Position numbers and translations under genes: made by a program. Shown piece by piece: positions 50,342-53,307 of a DNA stretch of 53,307 bases. Every line of letters starts with the position of its first letter. The stretch's first letter is position 1. The notes below the pieces were generated by a model. The model was given only the letters and a program-made list of their open reading frames with translations. It had not been told where the DNA came from and made no database searches. The stretch is from Welwitschia mirabilis (Eukaryota): assembly GCA_051453625.1 (NCBI GenBank), contig JBOZIK010000001.1, positions 35,593,013 through 35,646,319 of the forward strand, read 5' to 3'.

Positions 50342-52539
50342 CTAAAATTATCATTCAAAAATAGATAAACAAGATAAAAACATCACATGGATGTGTAATA
50401 ATAACCCTCATAATGAATAAAAAAGTATAAAAAATACCAAAAAAATGTCCTGCCCTTCTTAAAATATGCAATGCATCCCGAATTGTCAAATACTATATAT
50501 GTAAGGGACCCCACAAGAAGTAAAAAATCGAAGTACTCAAAGGAAAAATCTAATTCTGTAAAGTTGTAGAGTACATCACACTAATCGATTTTGCCTAAAG
50601 GATCACTATAATTTGGCTTACGGTTTTTAAGGAAACGAGTGTAAAAATTAGAAACTAGAAAATACCTCATAAAATGCAAAAGTGATTATAACTCAAAAAA
50701 TACGTGGTAAAAATCAGATCCGTAAGTTCCAAAATGAAAGCATGAAAAACTAAACATATATGTGGAAACTACATGTTGAAAGGCTAAAAAATAGGAGAAA
50801 AAAGTGAAAAATTAGGAGGAGAGAGAAACATACCTCATTTTTGTAAATTTGAAGAAATCTTAAAAATCTGGCAATGAAATCAGGCAGGAGATATTCCAAA
50901 ATGCTAGTACTAGCCAGAGGAATCATCGTCTCTCAAAAGAATAGAGAAAAAAGATGAGAAAACAAGAGAAAAATGAGGAAAAGTGTTTAAGCTACTATTT
51001 TATTAGACTGACGTCTGATCATGTCATTCAAATATCAGCCTTAGGATAATTATCAGAGAAAATCAATCCATTATCCATTGCAGTGTTGTCTGGATGACTA
51101 CCTAAACAATAGTCCATAAAAAGAGTTTTTAAAAGAAAAATGTCAGTCAAGAAAGTTAGGCTCAGGTAGAATCATGGAAATGACAATTTTTAAAAGAGAA
51201 AAAGACAGAATCTTAAAAAGCACACAAAAAACATAAGAAAAATAGAAAAAATTAAAGGACAATTTCCAGGAACACATAAAATAAAAACTATGGTGGAAGA
51301 AAATAGACTATATAGATTGAAAATCTACAATAAAGACTAAATAAATGTGCTCAAATAAAAAAAAAAATGAAATCATGGTAGACGTAGAACTCACTAACCG
51401 ATAAGGGAACTCATGTGGAAAAGATGTTCTTTTAAATATTTTTCTATAAAAAATCATTTTGAGAAAAACATTTTAACATGATTAAACAGGAAGAAAACTA
51501 CTAAATGATTAAGGTCCTAAAAAAAATAAGAAAATGTGGAAATAACTTTAAAATAGTAGACTCGAAAATAGAAGAAAACCAGAGTGAAAATGGACACATA
51601 AGGAATAAGAAGAAGATTATTTACCTATCCTAAGTACTAACCTAACAAACTCCCAAGGAAAACATTATAACATCACATGAGTAAATATAAAGGACAAAAT
51701 GTATTAACTTCATAAAATTGATTTGAAAAGGTAGTGGTTATGGTGATATTCAAAGTTTCAAGTGTGTAGAACAAAAAAGGTCAAAATTAAAAGTTACTTA
51801 GAAATGGACTCACCTATTTCTACACCACAAACTTACTAGAATCTCCAAAAGTAAAATGATTAAGTGGGAATACTAAGAGTTTAGGAAATAAACAATGCCT
51901 CTGATGATACTAAAAACATCACTGATTCCTAGCCTTAAAGTATTTTATTTCTTTTGCCATGATGAGGGGAGCACAACCACTGTCAAAGGAGTAAGGACCT
52001 ATAAAGTATGGCCAACTAACCCCCTTGTGGAGTTTTCACATCTTTCATATTACACTGCAGAAGGCTCCTCTCAGAAAGATTTACCCCAATGTACTTACGG
52101 TAGGACATCATAGTAACCATGTTTTTGAGACAGCACAAATAAAACATCATGGTCTTTATTTTTTTTGTCTTTTCTTCCTTTTTTTAAACATAAAATTCCC
52201 ACATAATCATACACCCAAGAAAGACAAAGGTGAATAAGTGAGAAAAAAGACAAAAAAGAAAACTCCCAAATAACCTAATATTTAGACATCATTATTCCTT
52301 TAAATAAAGTCCATAGACATGGGAATGTCTCAATGTTGGGTGAATGTAATCTTACCATTTGTAAATTCCAAAGTATAAAACTAATCGTGATACTTCACAA
52401 AGCAATACACAAGTTAAGTTTGAAAGATAATCAGGTAATATAATAATATTTAACTAAAGGAGTAAGCTAATATAGAACTTAGATAATAATAGGGATGAAG
52501 TTCTCCTTACTAAGAGAAACCTCTAAAACAAGTGCTTAT

Positions 52540-53307
52540 ACCATGTTCATAGTTGCATCTAAAGATCCCTCATATAATTTCAACTGTTGCTCATTAACCT
52601 TTTGAATCTCTTTAGTTTTCAAATCTAAAATTTTAACTGAGCCATTAAAATGCACTTTCTGTATAAGATAAGAACCTAACCGTTTAGAGGTCAACTAATT
52701 CAAAAGGTAAACTCTAGTGTTATACAATAAAACAAGTTGACTTGGTTTAAACTTTTTATGAAAAATCATTTTATCATGTTTGGACTTTGCTTGGGATTTA
52801 TGAATCAATTGATGATGTATGGCACTAGTTCTTTTTTTATCAAGATGATTTAATTGTGCTAACTTATACTTAAGATTTTTAATAAAGTCCATAAGATTGA
52901 GTTGATAATCTGTACGATAAGAATTATAACACGCATCAACCGGTAAAATACAAACTTTACCGTAAATAAGTTCATAAGATGATAAATCAAGAGAAGTATG
53001 CCAAGTAGTATAGTAGGCTTAAAGTACATCATTAAGCTTAGAAGTTCAATTCTTTTTATTAACAGAGACAAGTTTTTGAAGCATTTTCTATATTTCTCTG
53101 TTAGCATTTTTATCTTGTCCATTCATCAAAGGATGATAAGCACAAGCTATTCTATGTTCAATTCCAATGGACAAAAGAAGTTTCTTAAAAAGTGAATTAA
53201 TGAAATGAGTATCTTAGTCCCTAATGATAACTATAGAAAAATCAAACCTCTGAAAGATATGAGATCTCAGAAAATGATAGATAGTTCAGGCATTATTTAA
53301 AAACGTA
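52540..53307 (-). pseudogene. Athila-type integrase core/C-terminus, decayed
   Basis: KLAQLNHLDKKRTSAIHHQLIHKSQAKSKHDKMIFHKKFKPSQLVLLYNTR matches Athila RKLQLNELEE...YKEKTKAWHDKKI..KEFKPGQKVLLFNSR. Confidence 0.82.

Larger units (their letters stand above)
47475..53307 (-). mobile_element. Athila-like Ty3/gypsy element, 3' part (integrase, env-like ORF, PPT, 3' LTR); runs off the window
   Basis: LTR 47475-48563 related to the 18123-20264 LTR, PPT-like TAAGTGAGGGGCT next to it, env-like ORF and integrase C-terminus. Confidence 0.82.

Overview
AT-rich, CpG-depleted plant (angiosperm-type) heterochromatic scaffold with many N gaps and no intact protein-coding gene. Most of the window is decayed, nested LTR retrotransposons: two copies of a Sirevirus-like (Ty1/copia) family with gag-protease and env-like ORF but no IN/RT/RH (2820-11206, 36890-45436), one full-pol Sirevirus-like element on the minus strand (20265-32302), a 1.6-kb internally deleted copia element (11399-13012) and two Athila-like Ty3/gypsy elements (about 14300-20264 and 47475-end). 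The most unusual structure is hidden under two of these insertions. Removing 2820-11206 and 11399-13012 at their target-site duplications leaves a roughly 3.3-kb co-oriented concatemer of cellular gene copies without introns. In order it holds a 3'-truncated plastid-type fructokinase, about 0.9 kb of unidentified sequence, an internal fragment of homomeric acetyl-CoA carboxylase, and a full-length ROCK1-type nucleotide-sugar transporter CDS. This looks like a multi-mRNA chimeric retrocopy. Protein identifications come from manual translation compared with sequences recalled from memory; no database search was run.
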